DNA of 63,949 nt, filler included, from Reticulomyxa filosa (lineage: Eukaryota; Protista; Foraminifera): NCBI GenBank assembly GCA_000512085.1. It is 17 parts of 17 records of this genome, joined end to end, with 100 filler letters (N's around TTAATTAATTAA, not from the genome) between each part and the next. Parts side by side here need not be neighbours in the genome. Positions count along the whole stretch, not along the records: positions 1 to 8,338 come from ASPP01009130.1; positions 8,439 to 12,774 come from ASPP01027058.1; 15 more parts are not named here. One strand, given 5' to 3'. The stretch's first letter is position 1. Every line of letters begins with the position of its first letter. The translations under genes and the position numbers were made by a program. Shown here one piece after another: positions 1 to 12,874 of this stretch. The notes under the pieces were generated by a model. It saw only the letters and a list, made by a program, of their open reading frames with translations. It made no database searches and had not been told where the DNA came from.

Positions 1-36
<36 letters not shown>

Positions 37-39
<3 letters not shown>

Positions 40-1462
40 GACTCCCCTCTATTGAACTGAACTTTTGCTCTGTATCTCTATCCAAACGCTTGTGTGATTG
101 GGAACTTAGACTTATCGACCGAAAATTTTGGACAATTACGAATGGATGGACACAATTGAAGGCACAGAGCCTTTTGTAAACGACGTACTGTTTTATTTGC
201 TTTGTCAATTATTGCAAGAGGAAGAAAACGATACCGTGGAACCCTCCTCTCGATTCTGGATGAAAAAGCTCGACTTTGTCAGCCACTTGGCGCAGGTCTT
301 TTGCGTGACCGAAACAAGTGACCTGAAAAAGGGCCTATTGCTTCGGTTCAGTTTGGCCGTCATTCACATACTCATTGAATTTCCGTTGCTGTTGAGTGAA
401 TTGTTGAGCGAAATTAATGAAAAAAAGCATGGCGCAAACAATGGACAATGCCGTAGTGCCTGTTGGTATGTGCATATCCTATTTTACATTTTCGATCATT
501 TCTCTTCTTTTCTGATCAAGTCCGAGTCTATTCTTTTAAACGCCCGACAACATCCGACGGCTTTTATTTTGCATTCCAATTTTCAACTTCCTTTACTTCG
601 GTATTATATACATATATATGTACATATATATGTATATATTATTTTTGATGAGTTGTCTGGCAATTGCACGTAACAGATTGACCCCTTGGCCAGATACAAC
701 CGTATTTTTGCCCGTTGATGTGTTGATCGCAATTCTTCATGTGATTGCCAGCATTAACGACAAACACACTATGCCAGAAGAGACTCTCCATCGATTGGTT
801 CAGATTTTCTTCGCTGCGCCAATCCCGCTGCTTTCCCACGAAGCATTCGATATTGATTCCATTTTTAATTTACCATTTGCAGTTTCGTTGTGTTTAGGAG
901 GAGTATACTGATCCATTTGTCAACTTTGTATACGTATATATTTATGTATGTTTTTCATTGTGATGACTCAGATTGGTGACAATGAGATGAAATTCTTAAG
1001 TGGTTGTCTTTCCAAATGCACATTACTGCGTCTGCTGCACAATTCGAGTTATCAAATGGCGCTGCCTTTGCTTTGTTATAATTTATGCATGCAAAGCAAC
1101 GATTTGCATTTGCTGTCGCAGAGTCTGTCATTTCTATTGCATCACTTTGACGCGAACAAAGATGTGTTGTATGTGTACGGAGTTCTGCTCCTGAGAGATA
1201 GATCTCAATTGTTTGCAATGAAAGACAACATTTTGGAGGAAATTGGCGAGCAGTTTAAGAGAAGCGCAACTCTGTTGTCTCGCTACAAACAAGCGTCACG
1301 TTTTTCCGTCTCCACGACAAAGGCCAAGCCAGTGCAGAGTGGACAGCATCAAGATCTGATTGCCCGTTATGCGGACAATAACGCGTTGTTGTCCATTTTG
1401 ATCCCTCGTCCAAAACAACATCAGCAACGTCAGAACATAATCGCACCAAACGAAAATAAAGA

Positions 1463-1493
<31 letters not shown>

Positions 1494-3183
1494 AGCAGCA
1501 ACAGCATTAGTCAAGCCAATGATATCATTACCAATAAAAAAAAACAACAAAAAAAGAGCTACGGTATCAATTGCTCCAATTGTTCGATAACAATGGCAAT
1601 GTTAACTTGTCCACGTGGGCAGATATCGTTAGCTATTGTCTGGCCTCACCCTCCAGCGCTTCATTGGAAATGGAACATTTTTGGTGCGAAATTCTCAAAT
1701 CTACCGCCTTGTCGCACTTGCAAATGCAATGGCTACGACACATCACAAACGCTGCAAACTCGGTCTATTTCAGCCGATTGCTCAATTACTCGATCCATGG
1801 TGAAACGATCGCAATTGAACTGAAAAAGTTACAAAAAAGAATCAAGCACATCATACTACTTGCTTATCTGTTATTTGTTTAAAAACAAACAGGAAATTGA
1901 ATGTAGTTGAGCTTTCTGAGAAACAAGACGGAACAAAAAGTCAAGACACATCAGAGTCACAAAGTCTATTCAAAGACATATTGAATGCGTTACAGGATAA
2001 ACAGAAAGTGGACACAAGCAGGATCCATCCAAAAAAGAGATTGCTCAGTACGATGAAGTCAACAGACTCCACACTAATCCCATCACCTGACAACAATTCT
2101 TTGGAAAAAGACCAAACCATAGTTATTTCGTAGAATAAATACTATTTGAGTGCGAGGAGGAAATAAAATTATTTATTTATTATTTATTCATTTATTCATT
2201 TACTTGTTACATAGGAAGAAGTGGTATCTTTATTGACGGGTGTTGGAATTCAAACAATTCATGAAAAATTGGAAACAAAAAAAAATGATGATTGGTTCAT
2301 TAGCAAACACATTTACAAACACGCGATGACAAAATTTGAGACACAGATTAGCGATGGCTGCAATGACAATTACATGGTTGACAATGAAACGTTGACAAGA
2401 ATGTACTCACCAGACAAAGTGAAAGAATTGATAGAGGAGATCATACAACAAGACTCAGACCCATTACCGAAAAAAGTGAAACATTTGCACATTCAATCCG
2501 AGAATGCTCCAATGCAAACTGCGTCTGCGAACAGCACTGTCGTGAGCATCTTATCCGATTACTTTTTGGACAATCCAACACAAGTGGTAATGCTAAAGAC
2601 CTCCTTCGAAAATATGCGCTTACGCATCGAATCGCTGATGGAAGAGTGTGTTCATAAAATGTGCCATGATTTTTATGTCGAACAAAAAGGTTTGTTTGTC
2701 GCAAAGCAATTGCTGGCTATGATCCGCTCTTATCCACCGTTTGGAATTTGTGTTATCAATGTATGGCGAAATCACTTGCACGACCGCTCCAAGAAAAATG
2801 TGTCTGACAAAACGCTCCAGTCTTGGCATGTGTTGTTGGACAGCAGAGAAGATTTGTACGGATATCATTTTGGATGGCTCTTCTTTTCCATTGACGAACA
2901 AATTTATCAACAATGGAATCCTTACCAAAAACAATTAAAGGCTTTGACAGACGATTTGTTGTCATTTTTACTCAATTCTCCATTAGATACTCATCGCTGG
3001 AATCAATGCTGCCTCATTTTGTTACGTGCTCTTTTCTGTCTTTACAAACGTTTTCCCGCCTTCTTATCCGAACCAGTCTGTCCCACATTTACATCACTTT
3101 CCACTAAATTCAAACAAACAAACTGTGAGAATGTTATCAATAATATTTGTTCTTTAATTCAGTCTGTGCCCTCTGCACAATAA
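37..3183 (+). CDS. Multi-exon hypothetical protein, 5' truncated, probably alpha-helical
   Basis: Successive plus-strand coding blocks (about 37-600, 677-904, 972-1830, 1893-2120, 2214-3183) separated by short AT-rich GT-AG introns. The frame changes near the A-runs at about 1535-1556. No family motif recognised. Confidence 0.55.
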
Positions 3184-3555
3184 ATTGATTCCTAAACTGT
3201 CCCCTCTGCCAAGTAAACATACCACACTTGAAAGCCAAAAGAATAAAAGTTTAAACTTGTTCAGTCAACGTATAAAACTTTTTTAAAAAATTACGTGCAA
3301 CATTTTCGCTAAATATATTTCAAGAACAGATTGTTTTAAACTATTCTTTGTCAAATTTAACCAAAAAAACACTAACTATTTCTAAATAACAAAAGTATAC
3401 TTACAAAAGTGCTTAGCTGAAAACACAACTGCTAGTTTTTTTTCTCAATATGAAAAAACAGCCTGACCGTTCACGTAAAAGCTCGATTTTACTTCAGTAG
3501 TGTTTATTTTTGCGACAGATGAAAGTGTGCGATATTTCAGCTTCTAACGTTCCCC

Positions 3556-4696
3556 TTGGGACTACGGTATTTTTTTAAAAAAGATGATCAGTGGTGTGTT
3601 CCAGAAAACGTTGTCGTGTTGTTGTTTTTTGTGTCTATCTTTCAACACAAAAAGATTATAGTTTCTTTTGTTGTCACCATCCTTGAATTGATGGCTTTTG
3701 TTTATACAACACATCGAGTCGTATATCTTCGGAAATTACCAAGTTGGCCGCTGTCTATCACATTGATGGGATATCATGGATTGTTTTTTGGTTATATGTT
3801 GTCTCAAAATGTAAGTTACGTCCATATGATAACTGGCGAAAAAAGCAGTGTAGACTTCGCTTCCGAGTCGACCTGTCGCAAAATGATCGCAGTTTCATAT
3901 TGGTTTCCTTTCGCGTATTATCATGTGTTATTGATATTTTTATTACTTCGATTGTATCTTGTGTTTAAAGACAGCGTATTAGAGGTCAGCCGATGGTATT
4001 TTCGTTTGTTTAGCATGTTGCTTGGCGCCAGCCTTGTGACGTCAGCACACTATTTATTTTGTTATTCGTCACCGACTCGGCTCGAGTCTGTGCACGTCAA
4101 CAACGTGTTTGGGATTTCTTTTTCGTTGACTCAAAGCAAAATTCCTCGATTTTTTACACGTTTTGTGAATACGTGTTTTCTCATTTTTTTTCTTGCAAAG
4201 TCAATCATCTCTACGTATACGTATATGTAATTTTTTTCCCTGTCCCAGGTGTTCACTTGCTAATCAGAAGATCAATTCTGTGTATTCTGGCCTCAGTTCT
4301 TCGTATGTAATTGTTTTGAATGTGCTACTTTGTTTCCAGTATATCAAACAACTGCACAAATTACTGCAACTTGATCAGCGGGATGTTGAAAATCGAACTT
4401 TTTTGCAAAAGTCGTGCATAATTGCAATTGCTACAATTACAAGCTCATTGTTTAGTTTTATTATTGTAGTGGTTTTTGGCGCGATTGGCATGATTCTATT
4501 GTATTGGGACGGCTTATTCAATGGTCTTATGTTAATTTCTTCCTTCGATTTTGGTAAGTGGATTTATGTCTTCTTTTGCAATAATCTCCATATTCGACTT
4601 GCAAATAAAGTTTCTCAAGCACTCGTCGGACGAGATCCCAGACCCAATGCTGATGAAAACAATGTATCTGTGCTTTCTGTAGAATCATGTAATTAA
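3556..4696 (+). CDS. Multi-pass membrane protein, GPCR/7TM-like topology
   Basis: ORFs 3556-4230 and 4193-4696 joined by an intron of about 4109-4248. About 6-7 hydrophobic segments, e.g. YYHVLLIFLLLRLYLVF and IIAIATITSSLFSFIIVVVF. Start uncertain. Confidence 0.55.
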
Positions 4697-5296
4697 GAAG
4701 AGATTAAGCCACTTTTTTTAGTTTATTATTTGTTCATCGTTTTTTGTGTAGTTTTTTTTTTGGCCTTATGTTGTTTATAAACATTGAACAAAATGGAATG
4801 TTGCGTTTTTGGGTTCCGTTCCATTTTGATGTCTATTATTTTGTTTGAGCGGTCTCGGACATTTTTCTTCATAGCCGAGAAGGATCTCTTTTTTGATTTT
4901 GTTTAGATTCCTGGACTTTGCTGTCGTAGTTTTTTAATGTGTTTTTGTTTATAATATTTTGTGTATGCTGGCTGTTCCTATGTAAATCTCAGAAAAACAG
5001 CAAATTGTTGCATGCATTGTTCAAGGCAGAATATAAGCTTTAATGTAGACTTTCGTTTGCATCACTCCATTTTTTAAATGCTCTTCTTCAATTTTACCAA
5101 ACAATTGAAGAAAAAGATCTGTGGTGCTACCGGTCAAATATTAAATAATATATTTTTCGTGAGATTTTTTTAAAACAAGGGCCTTCAAAGATTAACTAAC
5201 ATCAATAAATTACAAAATGAACAATGTTTGGGTGAGCAATGAAAATGAGATGCTTTTTGTTTCGTGACTTATCAATAAGTCAAGCCAACAAACAAA

Positions 5297-5728
5297 ATGA
5301 CAACACAGGACGATGGAAACACCTGGAACAACTCGAACGCAAATACCTCAACAAATGTGTACAATAATACAACATGGCCCGAAAATAATTCAGAAGTTCC
5401 TGCGTGGGCAAATGAAACAACACCTAAACAGTCTCAATCGCCAAAGGTGGAAAGTCGTCCAGTAGAAAGTCGTCCAGTAGAAAAGAATCCACCACGACCA
5501 TCAAAGAGAAATCAGGATGCAAATATATACTGCTCGCAAACAAGCAAAGTGCTCTGGGTTTTAATCGGATTGTCTGCACTTGTTTTTCTTATTGGAGTAA
5601 TAATGGTCAGAGAGAATAACACATCACAAGGAGCGGGAGTAGGAATGTTGTTATGTGGAATGTTTGCAATGATTTTATTTTGCTACTGTGGATTTAGATG
5701 TGTGGGATGGTGTTCGTGCAAAAAGTAA
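5297..5728 (+). CDS. Small membrane protein: disordered N-terminus, two C-terminal TM helices, Cys-rich tail
   Basis: Intronless 143-aa ORF with ATG after AAACAAA. VESRP tandem repeat; TM segments VLWVLIGLSALVFLIGVIMV and GVGMLLCGMFAMILFCYC. Confidence 0.7.
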   Translation: MTTQDDGNTWNNSNANTSTNVYNNTTWPENNSEVPAWANETTPKQSQSPKVESRPVESRPVEKNPPRPSKRNQDANIYCSQTSKVLWVLIGLSALVFLIGVIMVRENNTSQGAGVGMLLCGMFAMILFCYCGFRCVGWCSCKK

Positions 5729-7265
5729 CTTCAAGTTGTGATCAATGTGATATTTGACAGAGGATTTTTTGTTGCTGCTCTGTTTCGTCGTTTGTTTGTC
5801 TGTGGAGATATGTTTTCTCTTGTTATAATTATGAATGGCTGAAAACAATTTTTAAATTTTGGTGTTACACTTCTTGTAATTTCATACTACTTAAAAAACT
5901 TTTTCCAAAAAATATAAAAATCTTCTTTTGCACATGTATCAACACGTCTTTAGGAAAATTAATGTCTTAAATATATATACCATCACATTGTTCTCATGTG
6001 CTCACAGATTGAAATAATTTCATCTCTTTGGGAGTAGTCTTGAAGACTTAAGTTCGTGCCTGTCCCTCTTAAAAAAAATTCCAAAACATTGAAAGAGATA
6101 ATACATGAAGATTGAAAATTGGGAAATCTTTGAGCAGCTTGCTCTCGAGGTGTTTGAAGAGTCTCCGCAACATGTGAGAAGCGTATACTATTTCCTTTTT
6201 GTTTGTTTCGCAACACTTTTTAGGCACAATAAAAAATGCAGACACAGCTTATGCTATCTTATTCTCACAAATATCATCGCGGGACCGCTTGCATTTCCTG
6301 GAATACGTCCAATGTCATTTTAATTTCTTTTTCTCTTCTTTAACACAGCAAAGCGCGACTAAGCGAGTAAAATGCATGTTTGTTCTGTCAAAACAGAAAT
6401 ATCTCTATACAATTGATAGCGAACAGAAATTTAACGATTTCAAGAAATTACAAAAATTACTAATGTTTTGGATGTCCAGACCCGACTTGAAAGATATTGC
6501 ATCTTGCCAAAAACAATATCAAGGTAATCTCTTTTTTGATGTTGTAAATCAAAAAGCTAAAGTTTAAATAATGCAAACTATTTATAGAACTGTCGGATCC
6601 AACACACCATTGAAATTACACTATCTTAAAACAAAAGAGAATATAAATGCTTTTTTTGAAATTGTTTCACAATATTTTCAAAAAAAGCTTTGCTTATTTG
6701 TTGTAATTGAATAAATTCCTTTTCTTTATCATTGACTAGCTATTTTCACTGAGAAATGATTTTTAATAGCAGAGATTCCGGTTTGTGTTGTGCCCGTTGC
6801 TTTTTTGTCGCTATTTTGACTAACTAAATAATGAAAATATGATATGTACCACAGTAACTGTGATCAAAATTGAGCATGCCAAGATAATTACAAATTTCTA
6901 CAAATGTAACTTGTTATATTTTAAATGAAAGAAATGCATCAACATTACCACGTTGTAGATTCAGTCTACTTTGACATTGAGATACCTTTTAAGTTTGTAT
7001 TATTTGCTGTTTTATTAGCACAAAGCGGCCTTGGAGAAAAAGGACATATTGCTTAGAGTAAAAACAGGTTCTGTGGAGACTTTGGCGTTTGTATTACCAA
7101 TGATTGAGAATGCATTGCGAAGTCTGGAAATGTAGCAAAATAATATTGGGAAGCTAAGTTATTAGAATGTAACAACGAAGCGAAGCAGAATAAAATCGAT
7201 AATATTACAGTAGTTTTCAAAAAAAAACGTCCCCAAAAAAAAAGACGCTTTTTTGGTGTTTGACT

Positions 7266-7719
7266 TTTATTGAAAAGAGCTAAAGTAAAAATAATTTTGC
7301 ATATACATAGAACAAATCACAGACTATCTTTACTCCATATTGTAATCTTATATCTTGCATTTATTTGAAACGTTCTGCGTCATTCTTTTTCATCATGGAT
7401 TTAAAAAATTAAATGTTCAAAAAACTATCTTACCAAACAAAAAAAGTTTAAAATTAATTATACTGACTAATATTAAAGTATTTAGCTCACAATAAACACA
7501 TGAGAAAGTAAAAAGCATTATATGGAAGCACTGTGATAAGTTTACAAATGGAATAGCTTTGCAAAAAAAAGTCATACTGTAAAAGCCAGCTAAAAAAATT
7601 GAATATATAACCTTTCAAATAAATGCAACATATAAGATAGTAAAACATAGATGAAAGATAGTCTGTGATTTGTTCTATGTATCTACAAAATTATTTTTAC
7701 TTTAGCTCTTTTCAATAAA
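7266..7719. mobile_element. MITE/foldback-like element with long imperfect terminal inverted repeats
   Basis: 7266-7331 (TTTATTGAAAAGAGCTAAAGTAAAAATAATTTTG...CAGACTATCTTT) is the near-perfect reverse complement of 7654-7719. Weaker pairing continues inward to about 7374/7608. No ORF inside; no clear target-site duplication. Confidence 0.65.
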
Positions 7720-8134
7720 GATATACAAGTTAAATATATCATTGGTACATGAAAAAAATAAATTCCATTGGGGTCAACAAGCGTAAACCAAGACTTTATC
7801 TCAACAATTTAGCATCAATTGTATCACAAAAGAAGAAATATAAATGAATCGTGATTAATTACTTTTTTGTTCTGAAAAAGATATGCAATTTAACATTTTT
7901 TGAAATTAATACACATTTATTTTAAATATCATTAATTTTCATCATGTTGAGTTAATTTTTCCTTAAAAAAAAAAGCGAAGGCACAAAGAAAAAAATACAA
8001 AAATGTATATTTTATTGAATTGTAATTTATATTTTACAATATTTGTTTACATGTTTTATAGTTGCTTTTTCAATTTTTGGCGAATTTAGGAAATCTAAAA
8101 TGATGTTTACAAAGAAAAGAAAAATTTGACTTAA

Positions 8135-8338
8135 TTAAGTTTCAAAATGTTCCAAAGCAAAATTGGCGTGCATGGCGACACGAACAGTGCAGCAAAAGCA
8201 TACAACAAAAACACACATGCCAATAAAAAAGAATACATATAAAACAATATCTGTAGAACCCCTTCTGATCCAATCTGGCAGATACATTAGTGGGATGACA
8301 CTAAACATTAAAATGACCGCCGGAACTAGCCAATAGAA
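8135..8338 (-). CDS. 3' end of a membrane protein (two TM helices, Cys-rich), cut by contig end
   Basis: Manual translation FYWLVPAVILMFSVIPLMYLPDW...VLYVFFFIGMCVFVVCFCCTVRVAMHANFALEHFET*. Confidence 0.45.
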   Translation of the reverse strand, partial: FYWLVPAVILMFSVIPLMYLPDWIRRGSTDIVLYVFFFIGMCVFVVCFCCTVRVAMHANFALEHFET

Positions 8339-8438
8339 NNNNNNNNNNNNNNNNNNNNNNNNNNNNNNNNNNNNNNNNNNNNTTAATTAATTAANNNNNN
8401 NNNNNNNNNNNNNNNNNNNNNNNNNNNNNNNNNNNNNN
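8339..8438. other. Artificial contig linker N44-TTAATTAATTAA-N44 (first of 16)
   Basis: Identical 100-bp spacers also at 12775-12874, 17067-17166, 22034-22133, 24125-24224, 26164-26263, 34066-34165, 35793-35892, 39381-39480, 40502-40601, 48515-48614, 51672-51771, 58929-59028, 60182-60281, 61696-61795 and 62796-62895. TTAATTAATTAA gives stops in all six frames. Confidence 0.99.
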
Positions 8439-11400
8439 GTGCTCGTGCTCGTGCTCTTTCTTGTTCCCCTGCGTTTAGTATGGCGGGAGACAGCACCTCT
8501 CTTTCGACAAAGCCGAGATAAATACAACACAGCAACTGGGAAATAATCGATCCCTGCGAAATTCCGACCTTGTGCTGGTAATAAGTCCCATTCATCTAGT
8601 TTGAAGAGAATGATCATTTGTTGTTGTCATTTGCATTATCCATTTGTATTGTCTTTACAAAAAAAAAAAAAAAAAATCAAAATACGAAACAGTGACAATG
8701 GAATTGGTTACGTGATATCGCAAAATGTCGAGCACTTGATCTCGTGTTTTGACAATGGTGGACCCGGTGTGCTGCAAGATGAAAGGACTTTGTTGCAGGG
8801 TGTGGGACAGGGCTACGTTGCGAATCGATTTGCTGTTGACTGCATAACGTCTCCATGCTGATGGTGGACCACCGGAGGCCTTCGGGCCGTAGGTCACGTA
8901 CTGGAGTAGGCTGTAGCGTTCCTGCAAAGTGTGTCCAATATACAATATATAACTATACATATACATATACATATATATAAATACATAAATAGATGGCCAA
9001 CAACATTCAAAGTCAAGATATAAGAAATGTGCAGATAATAACAGATCGCAAAATGTGACGGTTCAGCAACTCTAGCATCACATCTTGATTGATGCGATCA
9101 TAGCACTTGGCAAAGTCCAAAACCACACAGTACACTTTGGGTCTTGTTTGTAAATGAGGATAATGTTGTTTGACTTTGAGAGCAAAATCTTTCCATTTGT
9201 TATAATATTCTTTCACGCTAAGTGTCGTGAATCCTAAGCACTTGGAGCCACGATGTTGTTGATCATAATTTTCCTATTAAAAAAAAAAGGGGGCATGTCT
9301 GTTCAGACAGCTGGCTTGTGTTGAAATGAAATGCCACTTCTAAACTACTTCATAATTTAATATTGCAAATGCTTCCCGCAATTTATGATTTGCGGCGTCC
9401 AGCTTTCTTGTAACAATTTCGTTTGTAGCGATATTTTTTCTTTGTAAAATGTCTTGTCGGCAAAGACTGATAATTGGACGTAGCGAATTTTTCTTTGGAA
9501 CAAAGCGCAGATTGCCAATTGCATGTGCTTCAGGATGCTGCGTTATTTCCCACACCTGTGCTTTTTTCAGTTTGACGAACATGTCGTTGTTCGCAATGTG
9601 ATACTTGACAATTTTGTTCCAAATGTTAGAGGGATAATAGGCAATGGAACCGCCGTTTTGGTAATAGCATTCCGTAACATAAAAAATCGATTTCAACAAA
9701 TCGACAATAATCTCGTTCCATAGCCAATATATGTATTGGGCCATTACATCCTTTTGTTCGATTTGCTCCATCTTCCGACGGGACACACAACGGTACAGCA
9801 TAAAATCGGCAGTTGACATGTATCTCATGGAATCTTGCAGTGCGTATCGATGGTTTCTGGGAGCACTGACAAAGCGTTTCAAAACTTGCAAAAACGCCAT
9901 ACGTACATATACACAAATATACACACGTATGCAAATATTCAATCATAAATTCGATCAATGGAATGTGTTTGAAACGAAGAAGAGGAAGAGGAAGAGGAAG
10001 AGGAAACAAACAAACAAACAAAAATTACATTTGAAGAATGGTCTGATATTGTAACATCCCAATCCAAAATGATTGGAATATGGACTGCCATTATGCGGAA
10101 AGATCCGTTTTAAAAAGTTCATCACAAAAGTGGTAACTGTTTCAAATGATATTTGTTGTTTCAACAACATTAGCCACTCGTGTTCTGTCATTGTATTTTT
10201 CCATTTGGATGCCCTTTCTTTCGGTGCAGTCGTCGACAGATCTGCATCCACATTTCCATTGTCCACAGAAGCAAAGGTTTGCTTTGGGCCCTTTTTTTTT
10301 TTTTTTTGGATAATTCATACAATGTATACGTAATTTTTTTTTTAAATGGAATTAAATAGAAAGTATGAAAGAGAAACAATTCAAAGACAATTTGAAAAAA
10401 AAAAAAAAACTGATTCTTTCGAAATACGTTTCTTAAATCGTGGTGGACATGTTCTTTGAATTGGAGCAGAGGGACGTTTACGAGCAAATCGGTTTCCCCA
10501 GCCTTGCTTATCCCTTGCCCTTTGTTTTTGAAGGTTCGGACGGTTTTGGACGTCTTCATTGAACAACCAACAAAATGTGAACCAATTGGTGCGATGGTAT
10601 CGAGTAATCACGCGTTTGAAGAACGCAATCATCAATTTGTACTTCTTTGGCAATCTTCCCCCTAATTGATACAACTCTCTTTTCGTGGGCAGCACCACGG
10701 TTTGAGGTTTTTCTCTGACCAATTGTCGTGGTCGGCATTTTGGACTGCTGTTTAATCCCTTTTCTTTTTGTAGTCTCTTTTCGCTTTCTTCGTCCGTCAC
10801 ATGGCACTGAAGATGATACTGTTGGCCTTTAAACCGTTTTGACACTTTGTATATTTATTTATTTTTTTAAAATAAGAAACAATCAAACCAAAAAAAAATA
10901 TACATATATATGTTTATATGAAACACCAAGTAGTGTTACCATTTTGTCCTTTAATGTGAATAGTGTATAATTCAGATTGTTTCATTTCAATTCCATCTGG
11001 TATTACCAATGTCCGACTTTGCGCGACATCGTTGCAATGGAGAGTCTTTTGGCGTTTGTTTGAAGGACTTGTTGAAAGAGAATTGCCATGTGTGGGAACA
11101 TTGTCTTGTCTCAATGAATTGCTTTCTGCCATTTCTGCCAATGTTCGCTTTCTTTTCCCTCTCCTTTTTTTTTTTTTGGTGCGGATCATCATATATACAA
11201 AGTAGCATTGTTTACTTTGGATGTTTCAAAAACAAGATAAATAAAAAAAAAAAAAAAAAACAAGAACGATGGGATAGCGGTCTTGGATAGCGAAGAAGAT
11301 ATTGAACTGTGATTTGACTTGGTTTGAATGGACATTTGGCATGTCGAATCGAAAACTTCACAAGACGCACGACTCCAATACTTGGTGTTGTCTTTTTTTC

Positions 11401-12723
11401 AACTTATTTATCAATTGGAGATTCCGTTGCTCGCTGAACCATCCAATTGTTTGTCCAAAGAATACCGCCCGAATCATTAATTCTGCGCCTGAATTTGACG
11501 CTGGAAGTAAATTTAGCATATCTTTTTATTTTTATTTTAAAAAAGAAAAAGACATACCAAATGATACATATGATTGACAGTTTGTTTTATTATTATTATT
11601 GTTATTATTATTATTATTATTAATTATTTTGAAAGAACTTGTCTTTTGCAATAATAGGCCATCCCAAACATTAGATCCACAACAAAACATTGCAATACGC
11701 GGGAGTTCAATTTTATTTGCATTGATGTAATGTATCATTTTGTTTTGACTTTGGAATACGTTTACAGGCTTTTTTTTAACTACACATAAAAAAAAAAAAA
11801 AATAATATATATATGTACATATATATATATATGTGTATATGTATACAAAATATAAAATTGAACAAAGAAAAGAAACATTGGCCAGAAAAGATTGAAAAAC
11901 TCTTTTTGGCCGTGGACGAAGTAACGAGGGGTACATTAGGGGCGTTTGGATTTGGATTGGACCGTTTTGGCTTTGAAGATGAGTGGTTCAACTTTTGTTG
12001 TGTGGACGGGCTTGTGCAATTCGCTCGAGGATTGCCCAGCCTCACAATTACTCGTCGTTTGCGATAAGACCATTCTCCCGTTTGGGGATGGACCACGACC
12101 GACCTGTTTTGTCTGTCAATGTTTGGCTGTTTGATAATTCTAAAGTTCCACTCTGTGTATTGTTTGTAGGTCTTGTTGTACGTGATTTCATTGTGAGTGT
12201 GTTCGACTGTGGTTTGATTGCGTACAAATGTACGTATCTGTTGTTTTGTCATGGACGACGGTGGTGATAATGGTAATGATGGTGATGATAAAGGAGGATG
12301 AGATTGAGACTTTTCTTGTGACCATTGCTTGTAATGTTGAAGTGCGTGTTGTTTAATTCGATATTTGCCTTTGCCATTCCATTGCAAATGCGCATTTCCG
12401 TGAATTGCTTTGTGCAACGCACGTTTCATTGACGTTTCCGTTTTCATTTCTTGTTCGAGTATTTGCTGTTGTTGCAGGATTTGTTGGTTGTGCACATCCT
12501 TGCGTTCCCACCGCTCTTTCCTTTTCTTTTTCTTTTTTTTCTTTTGTTTTTTTTTCAGCGCCATCCAATTCGATACGTCCACAGTTTTGGTCACACTATG
12601 AACTTGTCGTATTATCCGTTTTTGTTTGGTCTTTATCTTTGTCTCTGTCTCTGTCTCTGTTTTGTTGTTGCTTTGCAGACGTAGTAGTAGTGGTGGTAAG
12701 TCTACAGATTGGCTGCGTTTCAA
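8439..12723 (-). CDS. TERT: Telomerase reverse transcriptase, partial (linker, TRBD, RT motifs 1-B'); TEN domain and motifs C-E lie off-contig
   Basis: Phase-consistent spliced exons 10411-10844, 10029-10290, 9349-9884, 9043-9273, 8691-8921 and 8439-8595, plus upstream exons. Motifs: RLPKKYKLM...FKRVITRYH (CP region), FVMNFLKRIFP (QFP), FYVTE...YYPSNIW (T motif), LRFVPKKNSLRPII (motifs 1/2), LDFAKCYDRINQD (A), a TERT-specific IFD exon, YYQHKVGISQGSIISQLLCCIYLG (B'). Confidence 0.95.
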
Positions 12724-12874
12724 TTTGCTTGTTTTTGTTGCAAATGATTTTTTTTTTTTTTTTTTTTTTTTTCCNNNNNNNNNNNNNNNNNNNNNNNNNN
12801 NNNNNNNNNNNNNNNNNNTTAATTAATTAANNNNNNNNNNNNNNNNNNNNNNNNNNNNNNNNNNNNNNNNNNNN

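Noticed and set aside
8439-9942. RT as a retron, group II intron, DGR or Penelope-type element
   Set aside because: The T motif, QFP region, IFD and spliceosomal introns identify it as TERT.
11164-11403. Programmed frameshift in TERT at the A7 run (11393-11399)
   Set aside because: The in-frame stop is equally explained by a homopolymer miscall or by an intron from a GTTGAA donor at 11403 to the AG at about 11164; cannot be resolved without RNA.
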